From contig NC_043020.1 of NCBI RefSeq assembly GCF_006345805.1, forward strand, positions 15,624,001 to 15,688,000: a stretch of DNA of 64,000 bases. Reading direction: 5' to 3'. Below, piece after piece: positions 10,430 to 23,349 of this stretch. Within the stretch, counting starts at the first letter, position 1; each line of letters starts with the position of its first letter. The notes under the pieces were generated by a model. It searched no databases and had not been told where the DNA came from. It saw nothing but the letters and a program-made list of their open reading frames with translations. Origin of the DNA: Octopus sinensis. Lineage: Eukaryota. A program made the translations under genes and the position numbers.

Positions 10430-11600
10430 GTCGTCGTCATCATCTAATGTTTGTTGTCCAGGCTGGCATGGGTTGGATGGCTTGACAGAAACTGCCAAGG
10501 CGGTGTGCTGGCAGAAATGTTAGCACACCAGGTGAAATGCTTAGCAGTATTTCGTCTGCTGTTACGTTCTGAGTTCAAATTCCACCGAGGTCGACTTTGC
10601 CTTTCATCCTTTTGGAGTCGATAAACTAAGTACCAGTTACGCCCTGGGATCGATGTAATCGACTGAACCCCTTGGTCTGTCCTTGTTTGTCCCCTCTATG
10701 TTTAGCCCTTTGTGGGCAATAAAGAAATAAGAACCGTTAGCACGCCAGGCGAAATACTTAGCCGTATTTTGTCTGCCGTTACGTTCTGAGTTCAAATTCC
10801 GTCAAGGTCGACTTTGCTTTTCATCCTTTTGGAGTCGATAAACTAAGTACCAGTTACGCCCTGGGATCGATGTAATTGACTTAACCCCTTTGTCTGTCCT
10901 TGTTTGTCCCCTCTATGTTTAGCCCTTTGTGGGCAATAAAGAAATAAGAACCGTTAGCACGCCAGGCGAAATACTTAGCCGTATTTTGTCTGCCGTTACG
11001 TTCTGAGTTCAAATTCCGTCAAGGTCGACTTTGCTTTTCATCCTTTTGGAGTCGATAAACTAAGTACCAGTTACGCCCTGGGATCGATGTAATCGACTTA
11101 ACCCCTTTGTCTGTCCTTGTTTGTCCCCTCTATGTTTAGCCTTTTGTAGGCAATAAAGAAATAAGAAACATTAGCATGCTGGGCAAAATGCTTAGCTATT
11201 TCATCTGCTGTTACGTTCTGAGTTCAAATTCCACCGAGGTCGACTTTGCCTTTCATCCTTTTGGAGTTGATAAACTAAGTACCAGTTACGCCCTGGGATC
11301 GATGTAATCGACTTAACCCCTTTGTCTGTCCTTGTTTGTCCCCCCTATGTTTAGCCCTTTGTGGGCAATAAAAAAAAAGACATTGTCTGCACCAAGTTCC
11401 ATAGTCTGCTTTGACTTGGTTTCTATGGCTGGATGCCCTTCCTAAGGTCAATCACTTTACAGAGTGTACTGGGTGCTTTTTATGTGGCACCATCATGGAA
11501 GCATTTTACACGGCGTCAGCATGGGTGCTGTTTAAATTTACATGGCACCAGTGCATTTTGTGTGGTGCCACCACCAGTTCGGTGTACAAAATAAAATCAG
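10430..11600 (-). mobile_element. RTE 3'UTR copy (family C) split by the SINE B array
   Basis: The GGCATGGGTTGGA part lies at 10430-10500 and the CTGGATGCCCTTCCTAA part resumes after 11378. Confidence 0.65.
10505..11378 (+). repeat. Head-to-tail tetramer of SINE family B, 217-bp period
   Basis: Units start at about 10505, 10734, 10951 and 11168; units 2 and 3 are nearly identical. Confidence 0.92.
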
Positions 11601-11680
11601 GCAGGCAAGACTTTGGTTGATAACCCACTCATGTAAACAGAATTCCACAAGAACTGAAATGATTAGTGAGTGAAGATTTA

Positions 11681-11981
11681 TCTTTATATATAAAAGTGAG
11701 GTTGTGTGCTTTCTGTTTCCTACGATTTAAATTCCTAACTACTCTCACATTTTGCGGTGCAGTATAACCAAAGTGGGTATCTTATAGTCATGATTCATAT
11801 CGAGCCCTTCTGGGTATTAGCACACGTCTACGATGAGTCTACGATTAAAAAAAAAATTTACCATAATTTTTTCCATTTTTAATTCATTTTTTTTGCTATT
11901 ATAAAAGGGAAGTAACTCTCTAAAAATGCTTATATAGTTATTTCCCTTACAAACCCGAGCAACGCTGGGCGATACTGCTAG
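11681..11981 (+). mobile_element. Non-autonomous Helitron
   Basis: 5' TC start, 3' CTAG end, subterminal CCCGAGCAACGCTGGG hairpin, inserted between A and T, no TSD. Confidence 0.75.
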
Positions 11982-12087
11982 TTAATAATATAACACAAAC
12001 CTAAATTTAATATAGACAGATGCAGTAAAACCATTAGTAAACTAAGAACATTAACCGATTACCAAAAGTAACTTGGAGTTAATGGCT

Positions 12088-12304
12088 AAATATTCAGATT
12101 ATTCTATCAAATGTAATGCTTATTTATTCACATTGTTTTGAATTAATCCTGCATAATCTTGTAGCATTGAGATTTTGCTTATGTGATTTGTGTATTTTTA
12201 GAATGGTGTTGTAGGGTAGGTGTGAGAGGTCAGATTGAGTCAGCTGAATTAAAATGGGTAGAATATTGGAGTTGAATATAGCTAGATTAAATGCTAAAGG
12301 GTTA
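12088..12304 (-). mobile_element. TTAA-type (piggyBac-like) MITE
   Basis: Ends AATGCTAAAGGG|TTAA; homologous to 39848-40270 and 58945-59163. Confidence 0.65.
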
Positions 12305-12525
12305 ATTCGGAGATGATGATTTTATTGTTAATTACATGTCCACCATGATCTTTGCCACCCACTGCAACAACTAATGATAAAAGAAAATTCCACCAATAAC
12401 TACTTCATCCAGAAGTCAGGATCAAGAAGAGGTAGAAACTAATAGATTTACAATCATTAAGACTCCAAACTAAACATAAAAGGCAAATAAGGAAGCCAAC
12501 ATGCTATTATTTCGGTGAGCTGGTT

Positions 12526-12776
12526 AAGGTGGCGAGCTGGTGTAAGGCGTCGAGCTGGCAGAATCGTTAGCACACTGGGTGAAATGTGTAGCCGTATTTC
12601 GCCTGCCGTTACGTTCTGAGTTCAAATTCTGCTGAGGTCGACTTTGCCTTTCATCCTTTCGGGGTCGATAAATTAAGTACCAGTTACGCACTGAGGCCGA
12701 TGTAATCGACTTAATACCTTGTCTGTCCTTGTTTGTCCCCTCTATGTTTAGCCCCTTGTGGGTAATAAAGAAATAT
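12526..12776 (+). mobile_element. SINE family B
   Basis: Duplicated GGCGAGCTGG head, core GTCGACTTTGCCTTTCATCCTTTCGGGGTCGATAAATTAAGTACCAG, tail CCCCTTGTGGGTAATAAAGAAATA. Confidence 0.9.
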
Positions 12777-13007
12777 ATATGATTAGGAAGCAAACTTAAT
12801 GGCTAAATATTTTAAAGTCTTTGGCATTCAGATTACTCTGTCAAATGTAATGCTTACTTATTCACATTGTTTTGTGGTATGAAGCAAACTTCTTCCTAGA
12901 CAGCCACACCTGTGCTTATATATGTAAAACAGTTGATAAAAGATTTAAAGTGAAGCACAGTTATGCTTGAAAGTAAAGCTGCCCCCCATTTACAAAGATA
13001 TAATCTA

Positions 13008-13180
13008 TAGGCGTAGGAGTGGCTGTGTGGTAAGTAGCTTGCTAACCAACCACATCGTTCCGGGTTCAGTTCCACTGCGTGGCATCTTGGGCAAGTGTCT
13101 TCTGCTATAGCCCCGGGTCAACCAATGCCTTGTGAGTGGATTTGGTAGACGGAAACTGAAAGAAGCCTGTTGTATATATG

Positions 13181-13213
<33 letters not shown>

Positions 13214-13420
13214 TTGTGTGTCTGTGTTTGTCCCTCTAGCATTGCTTGATAACCGATGATGGTATGTTTACGTCCCCGTCACTTAGCGGTTCAGCAAAAG
13301 AGACCGATAGAATAAGTACTGGGCTTACAAAGAATAAGTCCCGGGGTCGATTTGATCGACTAAAGGCGGTGCTCCAGCATGGCTGCAGTCAAATGACTGA
13401 AACAAGTAAAAGAGAGTAAA
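13008..13420 (+). mobile_element. SINE family A, full length
   Basis: Head-to-tail match to the other copies. Confidence 0.9.
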
Positions 13421-13789
13421 GAGAGAGGGCAATAAGACAGCAAAAACAAAAGATGTACGGTGGAGTTTCAAAAAAGACTGACTGCCACACAGGTCGAGCA
13501 ACTCGGAAAAGAAAATATATAAATAAATAAGTAAATACAGTAGAAATGGAAAAGCTGTGATGACATTGATAAATCACCAAGAAACAATCCTTTACTAAAT
13601 AATATTTTCTCATCTGTAGAAAATGTACAGACATTGAGTTCGTGCTGAATAATAAATAAGATCTAAAAAAAAAAAAAAAAAAATCCAAGAAAATTCTGTT
13701 GTAGTGAAATAATGTTACAGACATAAGATAAATTCTTTAACCTCTACACCACAAACACACACATACACCGAGTCCAAATCAAATTATAT

Positions 13790-14200
13790 TCCTCAATCTT
13801 GGCAGAAACTTCCTTCTAAAAGGAAAATACGACAAAATCTGAAAGGAAGTCAAACTCTGGATTATTTTAGTAATCCCGAGAGAATCTTCGATATAATGAT
13901 ATAATACAATAAAAAAAAGACAACTTTGAGACTTATTCCAGAGGTGGATGTAATAAAACATAAGATGTTCACACAATAAAAAAGTACTTAACATAAAATT
14001 CAAACAAGCCCTATATAAATCTGAAAAACAACGATAAAACTGTAATATGTAGAAGTGATAATAAATGTAATGTGTTTGCTATTATGGACATGAAGAAAAT
14101 ATATTCTAAAAATCAATAATATGCTATCTAACAATAGCAAATTTGTCAAAATTAATACAGCAAATACTGCACAATTAAAAACTCAGCATATTAATTACTG
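13790..14200 (+). pseudogene. Degenerate Penelope-like RT N-terminal fragment
   Basis: With a frameshift reads INLKNNDKTVICRSDNKCNVFAIMD...INNMLSNNSKFVKIN, resembling the PLE motif LKxDxxIVIxxADKGxxxVIMDxxxYxxKxxxxLxD. Confidence 0.45.
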
Positions 14201-14346
14201 CACATTTAAAATCTATTCCTTTCCAATGTATAGAAATAGTAATTTGGAGTTAATAGTTAAAATTGTAAATCTGATGATTCCTTCAGTAACAACAACTCTC
14301 TTGTGAACCTCTGTCCTCACTATAAAAATGCAGTAATGCAAGTTCG

Positions 14347-15020
14347 AGGTGCAGGCATGGCTGTGTGGTAAGAAACTTGCTTCCAAATTTCACGGTCCTG
14401 GGTTCAGTCCCACTGTGTGGCACCCTGGGCAAGTGTCTTCTACTATAGTCTCAGGCTGGCCAAAGCCTTGCGAGTGGATTTGGTAGATGGAAACTGATAG
14501 AAGCCCATCGTATATGTATATATATATTTCTTTACTACCCACAAGGGGTTAAACACAGAGGAGACAAACAAGGACAGACAAACGGATTAAGTCGATTATA
14601 TCGACCCCAGTGCGTAACTGGTACTTAATTTATCGACCCCCCCGAAAGGATGAAAGGCGAAGTCGACCTCGGCGGAATTTGAACCCAGAACGTAACAGCA
14701 GACGAAATACGGCTACGCATTTCACCTGGTGTACTAACGTTTCTGCCAGCTCGCCGCCTTTTTATATTGTATATGTATATATAGATGTGTGTGTGTTTGT
14801 GTCTGTGTATCTGTGTCTGTCCCCCAAGCACCACTTGACAACTGGTGTTGGTGTGTTTACATCCCCATAACTTAGTGGTTCAGCAAAAGAGACCAATAAA
14901 ATAAATACCAGGCTTAACAAAATTAAGTACAGTGGTTGATTTATTTGACTAAAAATTCTTCAAGGCAATGCCCCAGCATGGCCATAATTTAATAACTGAA
15001 ACAAGTAAAAGATAAAAGAT
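14347..15020 (+). mobile_element. SINE family A with nested SINE B
   Basis: Family A head and tail flank an inverted B copy that sits in the internal (TA)n. Confidence 0.85.
14527..14760 (-). mobile_element. SINE family B, nested
   Basis: Reverse complement of the B consensus. Confidence 0.9.
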
Positions 15021-15119
15021 AGGTGCATAGATATGAATGAAGTTCTGTAAATTGAGAGAGTATTCTTCACCATAGCAAACCACATCCTAATGGCAAACAT
15101 ATACTAAGCATAAATATTA

Positions 15120-15530
15120 AGCGCAGGAGTGGCTGTGTGGTAAGTAGCTTGTCTACCAACCACATGGTTCCTGGTTCAGTCCCATTGCGTGGCACATTGG
15201 GCAGGTGTCTTCTACTATAGCCTCGGGCCGACCAAAGCCTTGTGAGTGGATTTGGTAGACGGAAACTGAAAGAAGCCCGTCGTACATATATATATATATA
15301 TTATATATATATATATGCATGTGTGTGTTTGTGTGTCAGTGTTTGTCCCCTAGCATTGCTTGACAACCGATGCTGGTGTGTTTATGTCCCCGTCACTTAG
15401 CGGTTCGGCAAAAGAGACGGATAGAATAAGTACTGGGCTTACAAAAGAATAAGTCCGGGGTCGAGTTGCCCGATTAAAGGCGGTGCTCCAGCATGGCCGC
15501 AGTCAAATGACTGAAACAAGTAAAAGAGTA
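15120..15530 (+). mobile_element. SINE family A, full length
   Basis: Head-to-tail match. Confidence 0.9.
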
Positions 15531-15811
15531 TATGCGGCTGATAATGTTAAATCTCTTTATATACTAATGTTACTAATGATTTAAATAGTCATTTCTCCTC
15601 AAACATCTTAAGTTCACTAAATGGACATGTGTTGTAGATGTCTCAGTTATAATTTCCATCTGTGAAAGTGCTGTATAATTGATTTTCAGACAAATTAGCT
15701 AATTTTCAGTTGCAAAAGGTAAAAACAAAAAGCTTCCATAACAAGCATTAACCCTTTTGTTACTGTATTTATTTTGAGATGTTCTGTGTTTCTTTCAATT
15801 ACTTTAAATAT

Positions 15812-16497
15812 GCCACACCCTAGCAGTTGAGGGAACCTGTGGAAGAGGTAGACCCAGGAAAACATGGGACGAGGTGGTGAAGCACGACCTTCGAACATTA
15901 GGTCTCACCAAGGAAATGGCTACAGACCGAGACCTATGGAAGTATGCTGTGTGTGAGAAGACCCGGAAAGACCAGTGAGAACATGACCTGTGGCCTACAT
16001 ACCTTTCCTTCTTGGGAAGCACGATCTTCGAACTTTCAAAAATCAAAATCAAACCAAATCAAATCAGATATCAGAAAGCAGAACTAAAATCAAAGTCGAT
16101 CAACATCAATGGAAATTGCAGCTGTGGTTTAAGCAAACCATCCGATTGTGGCCATTGCCAGCGCCGCCCTGACTGGCCTCTGTGCTGGTGGCACGTAAAA
16201 GCACAATCCGTTTGTGTCTGTTGCCAGCCTTGCCTGGCCCCCATGCCGGTGGCATGTAAAAGCACCATCCGTTCGTGGCCGTTTGCCAGCTCCATCTGGC
16301 ACCTGTGCGGGTGGCACGTAAAAAGCACCCACTACACTCGCGGAGTGGTTGGCGTTAGGAAGGGCATCCAGCTGTAGAAACACTGCCAGATCAGACTGGG
16401 CCTGATGCAGCCTTCTGGCTTCACAGACCCCAGTTGAACCGTCCAACCCATGCTAGCATGGAAAATGGACGCTAAATGAAATGATGATGATGATGAA
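15812..16497 (+). mobile_element. RTE-clade LINE 3' end: ORF C-terminus plus 3'UTR
   Basis: HTLAVEGTCGRGRPRKTWDEVVKHDLRTLGLTKEMATDRDLWK, then family C sequence ending in (GAT)n. Confidence 0.8.
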
Positions 16498-17024
16498 CTT
16501 AGTTGTCATTCAGTTAGTGTTAGGAACATAAATTGTGACTAAGGTTTGGTGGAAGATTTTAATTCATAACTTTTGAAAACAAGACAGTTTCAGCTGGGTT
16601 AATAACAAAAGGGTCAAAATGTATTTTTCTCAAAAATGACTTATTGGAATTATGACAATTTAATTAATTAATAATGATACATCATTATAAAATGATATCA
16701 AAGTATTATATTTTTATTTAAAAGAACTCAAAAAAACATAAGCCATAAATTAAAAAATAATAATAAAGAGGGCAGAAAATATACAATAACAGTTACTGAA
16801 ATTTAATATTTCAGGAGATATTAAAAAAAATACAAAATTATATAAAAATAGAAATAAATAAGAAACTGTTAAACAGCTGGATTAAAAAACATTTATAAAA
16901 GGTAATATTATGAATTTCTATTTAATCATCATTATTCAGACCATGAAGCACTTGTTTGAATTTCATGTTACATCAAGTTAATTCTGTGTATCTCTATTTA
17001 TAACAGCCAATGATAACACATTGT

Positions 17025-17311
17025 GGAGGCACATGGCCTAGTGGTTAGAGCAGTGGACTCGTGGTCGAGGGATCGTGAGTTCGAATCTCAGACCGGGCGA
17101 TGTGTGTGTTTATAGTGAAACACCTAAGCTCCATGCGGCTGCAGCAGAAGGTAATGACTCTTTCGTCACAGCTTTCTCTCGCTCTTTCCTCCTACATCTT
17201 GCAGCTCACCTGAGATGGACCGGCGTCCTGTCCAGGTGGGGAACCTATACGCCAAGGAAACCTGGAAACCGGCCCTAATGAGCCAGGCGTAGCTCAAGAA
17301 GGAACAAACAA
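17025..17311 (+). mobile_element. SINE family F, tRNA head with a V-domain-like core
   Basis: A box TGGCCTAGTGG, B box AGTTCGAATCT, GATGGACCGGCGTCCTGTCCAGGTG resembles the V-SINE domain (from memory of that family). Confidence 0.65.
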
Positions 17312-17517
17312 TGATAACACATTCCAAAAAAGGGTACAAATATAGGCACAGGGATGGCTGTGTGGTAAGAAGTTTGTTTCTCAGTCACATGATTTGTTGG
17401 TGGGCAAGTGTCTTCTATGATAGCACTAGACCAAGGCTGTGTGTGTTTTTGTTTTTGAGTTTGTCACCCTACTCCTACTGCGTGACAAATTATCTTGGTT
17501 TATTTATGCGAGTTGAT

Positions 17518-17519
<2 letters not shown>

Positions 17520-17552
<33 letters not shown>

Positions 17553-17760
17553 TATTTAACGTCTGCTTTCCATGCTAGCATGGGTTGGACGGTTCAACTG
17601 GGGTCTGGGAAGCCAGAAGGCTGCACCAGGCCCAGTCTGATCTAGCAGTGTTTCTACAGCTGGATGCCCTTCTTAATGCCAACCACTCCGTGAGTGTAGT
17701 GGGTGCTTTTTACGCGCCACTGGCACAGGTGCCAGACGAGGCTGGCAAACGGCCATGATC
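17520..17760 (-). mobile_element. RTE 3'UTR copy (family C)
   Basis: (CAT)n followed by TTTAACGTCTGCTTTCCATGCTAGCATGGGTTGG. Confidence 0.85.
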
Positions 17761-17966
17761 ATGTGTGTGTGTGTTTGTTTGTTTTTGTGCCCCATCACTA
17801 CTTGACAACTGATTTTGATTAGTTTATGTCTCTCTAACTTACTGGTTCAGCAAAAAAAAAAAAAAAAAAAAATCGACAGAAAAAGAACCAGGCTTCAACT
17901 AAAAGCAACCCTTCAAAGCAGTGCTCCAGCATGGTCACAGTCCAATGAGTGAAACTAGTGAAAGGT

Positions 17967-18209
17967 TGCACAATTGAAGGTGGCGTACTGGCAGAATCGT
18001 TAGCACACCGGGCGAAATGCTTAGCGATATTTTGTCTGCCGCTACGTTCTGAGTTTAAATTCCGCCGAGGTCGACTTTGCCTTTCATCCTTTCGGGGTCG
18101 TTAAATTAAGTACCAGTTACGCACTTGGGTCTATATAATCGACTTAATCTCTTTGTCTGTCCTTGTTTGTCCCCTCTATGTTTAGCCCCTTGTGGGCAAT
18201 AAAGAAATA
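17967..18209 (+). mobile_element. SINE family B with 17-bp TSD, inside a family A tail
   Basis: TSD TGAAACTAGTGAAAGGT at 17950-17966 and 18210-18226. Confidence 0.9.
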
Positions 18210-18344
18210 TGAAACTAGTGAAAGGTAAAAGGTATAGATACACTTATACACTGGGGAATATACATATTTATCTTCACAGGAAAACTTACATTCTAAAAGG
18301 ATGCAAGAATTTACAGATACACATCTGCATTATCTATATATTTA

Positions 18345-18531
18345 TACTCTCTTACTTGTTTCAGTCATTTGACGGTGGCCATGCTGGAGCACCGCCTTTA
18401 GTTGAGCAAATCGACCCCAGGACTTATTCTATCGGTCTCTTTTGCCGAACTGCTAAGTTACAGGGACGTAAACACACCAGCATCAGTTGTCAAGCGATGT
18501 TGGGGGGACAAACACAGACACACAAACATAT

Positions 18532-18569
<38 letters not shown>

Positions 18570-18730
18570 GTAAGACAGGCTTCTTTCAGTTTCCGTCTAC
18601 CAAATCCACGCACAAGACTTTGGTCTACCCGAGGCTATAGTAGAAGACACTTGCCCATGGTGTCACGCAGTGGGACTGAACCCAGAACCATGAGGTTTGT
18701 AAGCAAGCTACTTACTGCACAGCCACTCCT
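18345..18730 (-). mobile_element. SINE family A, full length
   Basis: Reverse complement match. Confidence 0.9.
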
Positions 18731-18974
18731 TTTGCTGTTAAAATTAAAATTAGCAGTCAATCTAATGAGCCAAATAGTTAAAATTGCTGGCAATTTCTTG
18801 AGTCCAAAAAAAGACGATTCTGCAGTTTCTTGCAGAACAACCAGCAAGTTTCCCGTTTCCTTCAACCAAAGCCCATCTCCCTCTCACTCACACACACACA
18901 CACACACACACACAACCATGAGCCATGTATTACTATACATTCACATGTTTATAAGTATGCAGGCTATATATTTT

Positions 18975-19990
18975 TCCAAATTCAATATGCAAGTACAAAG
19001 AGGCATAAAGTATCTTGGGGCCATATTCATGAGTGATGGAAGGCAGGAGGTTTAATTGGATGTCAGAATTTCAGGTGCTGGCACAAGAAAAAGCCAGCTC
19101 TGGCATTTGATTCTCAGAAGATGAGAGGTTGGCAAAAAAAAATTGAATTTATCGTTGTCAATTTGGCTTACATGCTTATGATCATCCAAAGTCATAAATG
19201 TTGGAGTACCGAAAGAGTATGATTGCAAATACTAGTGACAGAAATGTGACTCGCCTGAAGGACCGCTGGAGTAATGTTACTAAATGGGGTGCACAGGTTG
19301 GCGATCAAGGCGCCTCTCCAGGTCAAACTGCGATTTCTCTGCATTGAGCAATGGTCACAGCTTTGGTATTACAGACATGTAATAGGCATAGGAGTGGCTG
19401 TGTGGTAAGTAGCTTGCTTACCAACCACATGGTCCCGGGTTCAGTCCCACTGCGTGGCACCTTGGGCAAGTGTCTTCTACTATAGCCTCGGGCCGACCAA
19501 AGCCTTGCGAGTGGATTTGGTAGACGGAAACTGAAGGAAGCCCATCGTATATATGTATGTATGTGTGTGTTTGTGTGTCTGCGTTTGTCCTCCCAACATC
19601 GCTTGACAACCGATGCTGGTGTGTTTACGTTCCTGTAACTTAGCGGTTCGGCAAAAGAGACCGATAGAATAAGTACTAGGCTTCCAAAGAATAAGTCCTG
19701 GAGTTGATTTGCTCGACTAAAGGCGGTGCTCCAGCATGGCCACACTCAAATGACTGAAACAAGTAAAAGAGTAAAAGAGTAAAGAGTATGTGATTGGAGT
19801 GTTGCAGGAAAGAATAACAAAATGGATTCTCGAAGCCAACTGGCAGAAACCATAGAGGTGAACCAAGAACAAGATGGCTGGATTATATTCATAGTTTCAG
19901 TTGGTCATGAATCAATCGAGAATCAAGTAAAAAAGTCAGTTGTTTCTGATAGAACCCTATGGAGGAGATGCCCAAGGACTCTAACTCAAT
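18975..19990 (+). pseudogene. Old RTE-clade RT remnant interrupted by SINE A
   Basis: KYLGAIFMSDGRQE.LDVRI, IEQ.SQLWYYRHV and TKWILEA...RGEPRTRWLDYI motifs appear in order. Confidence 0.65.
19385..19790 (+). mobile_element. SINE family A, full length
   Basis: Head-to-tail match, (GTAAAAGA)n end. Confidence 0.9.
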
Positions 19991-20869
19991 GACCCTTCTA
20001 GGAATGATGGGCAGGGAAGAGGGATGGATGGACTTACGTCACGTTTGGGTGAAATTCAATCTGGTGGAAAGTGAAATTTTATATTATTTTTATCAAAAAA
20101 TTTTACAGTTTTGTGGTCATGGAAAAATTAGAAATTTGAAGAACGGTTTAGCTGTTGATGTTTTTATCAGCAAATGAAATGGGGGATTATATCACAAGCA
20201 GTGAATCCTTCTCTAGTGGAAGTTGAATTAGTAATATTGTTGTCTCATTTTTAGTGAATAACTACTTTAGCTGAGGACTTCATTGCAATCACATCATTAA
20301 AGACCATCTCATAGGAAGATAATCTAAAGTCATAGAGACATTTTTTTAATCCTGTGAAGCCATGCTCTCATGTAGCAGGAATAGCTTATATGTCATCTCT
20401 GGCAAAGCGTTAACGAACAACACACATAGAAAAAGAAGATAAAATATTAAAACCAAACGACTGATCACATAGTAGCTTTGTAGTAAAGTCTGTTTGTAAC
20501 TCATTGTTAATGGTGTACCCCATGGCTGTTGGTTTGTTTATGTCCCTGTGACTTAGTTGTTCAGCAAAGAGGCTGATGGAAAAAAGTACCAGTCTTAAAA
20601 AACAATAAGTACTGGGTTGATATTAGACTAAATCCTTTCTGCCAGTGCTCCAGCATGGCCACAGTGCAATGACTGAAACAAGTAAAAGATAGATAAAATG
20701 TAAAAGACATCATTACATCAGTCAGAATCGTAACCAATTATCTGAACTCTACTCGCAAAATTCCAATGAATATATATTGTATTATATAGTCTGTAATTCA
20801 TATTTGTACCACTTAAACAGATTATAACCAAACATATCCAATTCCCTTGTTTAATATAAACATCTCTCT

Positions 20870-21130
20870 TCTTCTTCATCATCATCATCCTCATCATCTT
20901 TAGTATCTGTTTTCCCTGTTGGCATGGGTTGTATGGTACGACCAGAGCTGGCAAACAGGAAAGCCACATCAGGCTCCAGTCTGATTGGGCTTGGTTTCTA
21001 AATCTGGATGTTCTTAGTGCCAACCACTTTGCAGAGTGTGCTGTGTGCTTTTTATGTGGTGCCACCATGGGTGCTTTTTTATGTGGTGCCACCATGGGTA
21101 CTTTTTATGTGACTCTGGCACAAGACATGC
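20870..21130 (-). mobile_element. RTE 3'UTR copy (family C)
   Basis: GGCATGGGTTG...TTTTTATGTGGTGCCACCATGGG repeats. Confidence 0.7.
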
Positions 21131-21374
21131 AGGCCAATCCTCTTCAGCAGGGGAAGTAGCATTAACACTTCTACTGTGGAGAATGGGTCTCCTTGAGTAC
21201 AACAAGGTGCCATCCACTGTTTCCTCTGCTGCCATAACCCACAGTCTGTATCCTCTCTTCTATTTACCTTCTGGTTCCTTAGGTGCTTGCTCTGGTACTC
21301 CACCACAACCTTCCTTTTATTCACTTCTCAAGTGCTCCAACTTGTCTAAACATATAATGTGTGGCAACTATGTA

Positions 21375-21630
21375 TCTTTTCTATATTTAAGAGATGAGGA
21401 ATTATGTACATTATTTACATTATTTACAATTGACAGATATTTGTCCTCATCTTGTTTGTCGAAAATTGTTTGTCAAAAACCCTTGAGGGCAGTGCCCCAG
21501 CATGGCCACAGTCAAATGACTGAATCAAGTAAAAGATACAAGACATAGCCTACCAAACACATTCTCACAACAAATCAGTTTCAACAAAGAAGATGAGGAC
21601 AAATATCCGTCAAATGTAAATAATGTAAAT
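21375..21630. mobile_element. Inverted pair of family G tails with the centre replaced
   Basis: Reverse-complement tail at 21375-21460 and forward tail at 21578-21630. Confidence 0.7.
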
Positions 21631-21664
21631 AAAGCCATGTATCTTCCCTAAAGCAAGACAATGT

Positions 21665-21980
21665 GAAGGCATATGACTTAGTGGATAGGGATATTTGGCT
21701 CGAGATCACAAGGTCGTGAGTTCAATTCTCAGCGATGCATTTTATCCTCGAGCAAAATACTTTATTTCAGGTTACTCCAGGGCACTCAGTGGGCCAAAAT
21801 GAGTAGTACCTGTAATTCAAAGGGCCAGCTTTGTCACATTCTGTGTCATGTTGAATCTCTTCCGAGAACTCCATTAAGGGTATGCATGGTCATAGAGTGC
21901 TCAACTACTTGCACACTAATTTCACGAGCAGGATGTTCTGTTGATTAAATCAACTGGAACATGTGTTGTCGAAGCGAAAA
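21665..21980 (+). mobile_element. SINE family E, tRNA head
   Basis: TGACTTAGTGG A box, GAGTTCAATTC B box; homologous to 58405-58710. Confidence 0.65.
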
Positions 21981-22280
21981 CCATATATGAAGTGAACTCA
22001 ATGCAATAACATGTTAAACTAAGACACTTTAAACTTGACGATGAGCAACGGCAAGAGAAATAGTGAGCTTTATTTAATAACCAGTTGATCTAGCAAGCGG
22101 GGCCTCATATCAGTGGGAGGGGTGGCATCGATGCCGTCGAGAGGTAGGCCCCGAAACGGCGCACATTCTCTCCTGATGACCCCATACACTTGCTGGCTTC
22201 CGGTATGCAGAGTTCTTGACTGGTAGCACTTGCATATGCAAGTTGTTTGCAAGACATCTGAAAATAATTTTTTTGTGTAG

Positions 22281-22635
22281 GCAGGTATGGGTGTGTGGTA
22301 AGAAGCTTGCTTACCAACCACATAGTTTCAGGTTCAGTCCCACTGCATGGCACCTTGAGCAAGTGTCTTCTACCATAGCCGCAGGCCAACCAAAGCCTTG
22401 TGAGTAGATTTGGAAAATGTTAACTGAAAGAAGCTCATCATGTGTGTGTATATATATATATAAGTTCAGCAAAATTTAGATTCTGATGAATATGGTACTT
22501 AAGTTAAAGGCACCAGAATTTTGTATGGTATTATCCATATAAATCACATAGGGTGATTATAATCAAAATAAACAACAAGGATATCCAAGATAGAGTAGTA
22601 CAATTGTTTCTTATTGCTTATTTTGATATATATAT

Positions 22636-22671
<36 letters not shown>

Positions 22672-22950
22672 AATGTATATATATACATGATGGGCTTGTA
22701 TATATATATATATATATATATATACATGCATATGTGTCTTTGTGTCTGTGTCCCTTCACCCCCACCTGTCATTTGGTGTAGTGTGTTTATATCCCTGTAA
22801 CTTAGCAATTTGACAAAAGAGACTGATGAAATAAGTACAAGGCTTAAAAAAAAAATAAATACAAGTCCTGGGGTCAAATTGTTTTTTCTAAAACCCTTGA
22901 GGGCGGTGCCCCAGCACGGCCACAGTCATATGACTGAATCAAGTAAAAGA
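22281..22950 (+). mobile_element. SINE family A with an expanded or interrupted middle
   Basis: Head at 22281-22460, tail at 22730-22950. Confidence 0.75.
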
Positions 22951-23349
22951 TACAAGACATAGCCTACCAAACACATTCTCACAACAAATATTATCTCTCT
23001 ACAAACATTATTATAATTCACGTGTCATGATAAACACGTTGTACAAACAATGCATTTTCCAACACAAACATTTACTAAATGACAATCATAGTGTAATGGA
23101 ATATTTTTCACGACACAAGCATTATCCATCATAATAGAAAAGAAATAAAATCACTCTCACTCCACTCTGCCAATGAAATAAAAGCCAACAAAAGCCATAT
23201 GCTTTACGGCATGGAACGCTATCGTAATGCAAAGACAGCATAGTAACTCTACAGCATTAATTGATAGATTTCCAAAAGAGACGGAAGGCATTTATTAAAA
23301 AATATTAGTCCAGGGAAATGGTGAGTCAAAAACTAGAATGATAACTCTT

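Noticed and set aside
10505-11378. Regular repeat array resembling CRISPR
   Set aside because: The units are whole 217-bp SINEs with no unique spacers and no cas genes; the context is eukaryotic.
22483-22520. CTGATGA or CTGAAGA hits at about 22483, 40830, 47078, 48088 and 51824
   Set aside because: They lack a correctly placed GAAA or stems I and III, so they cannot be supported as hammerheads.
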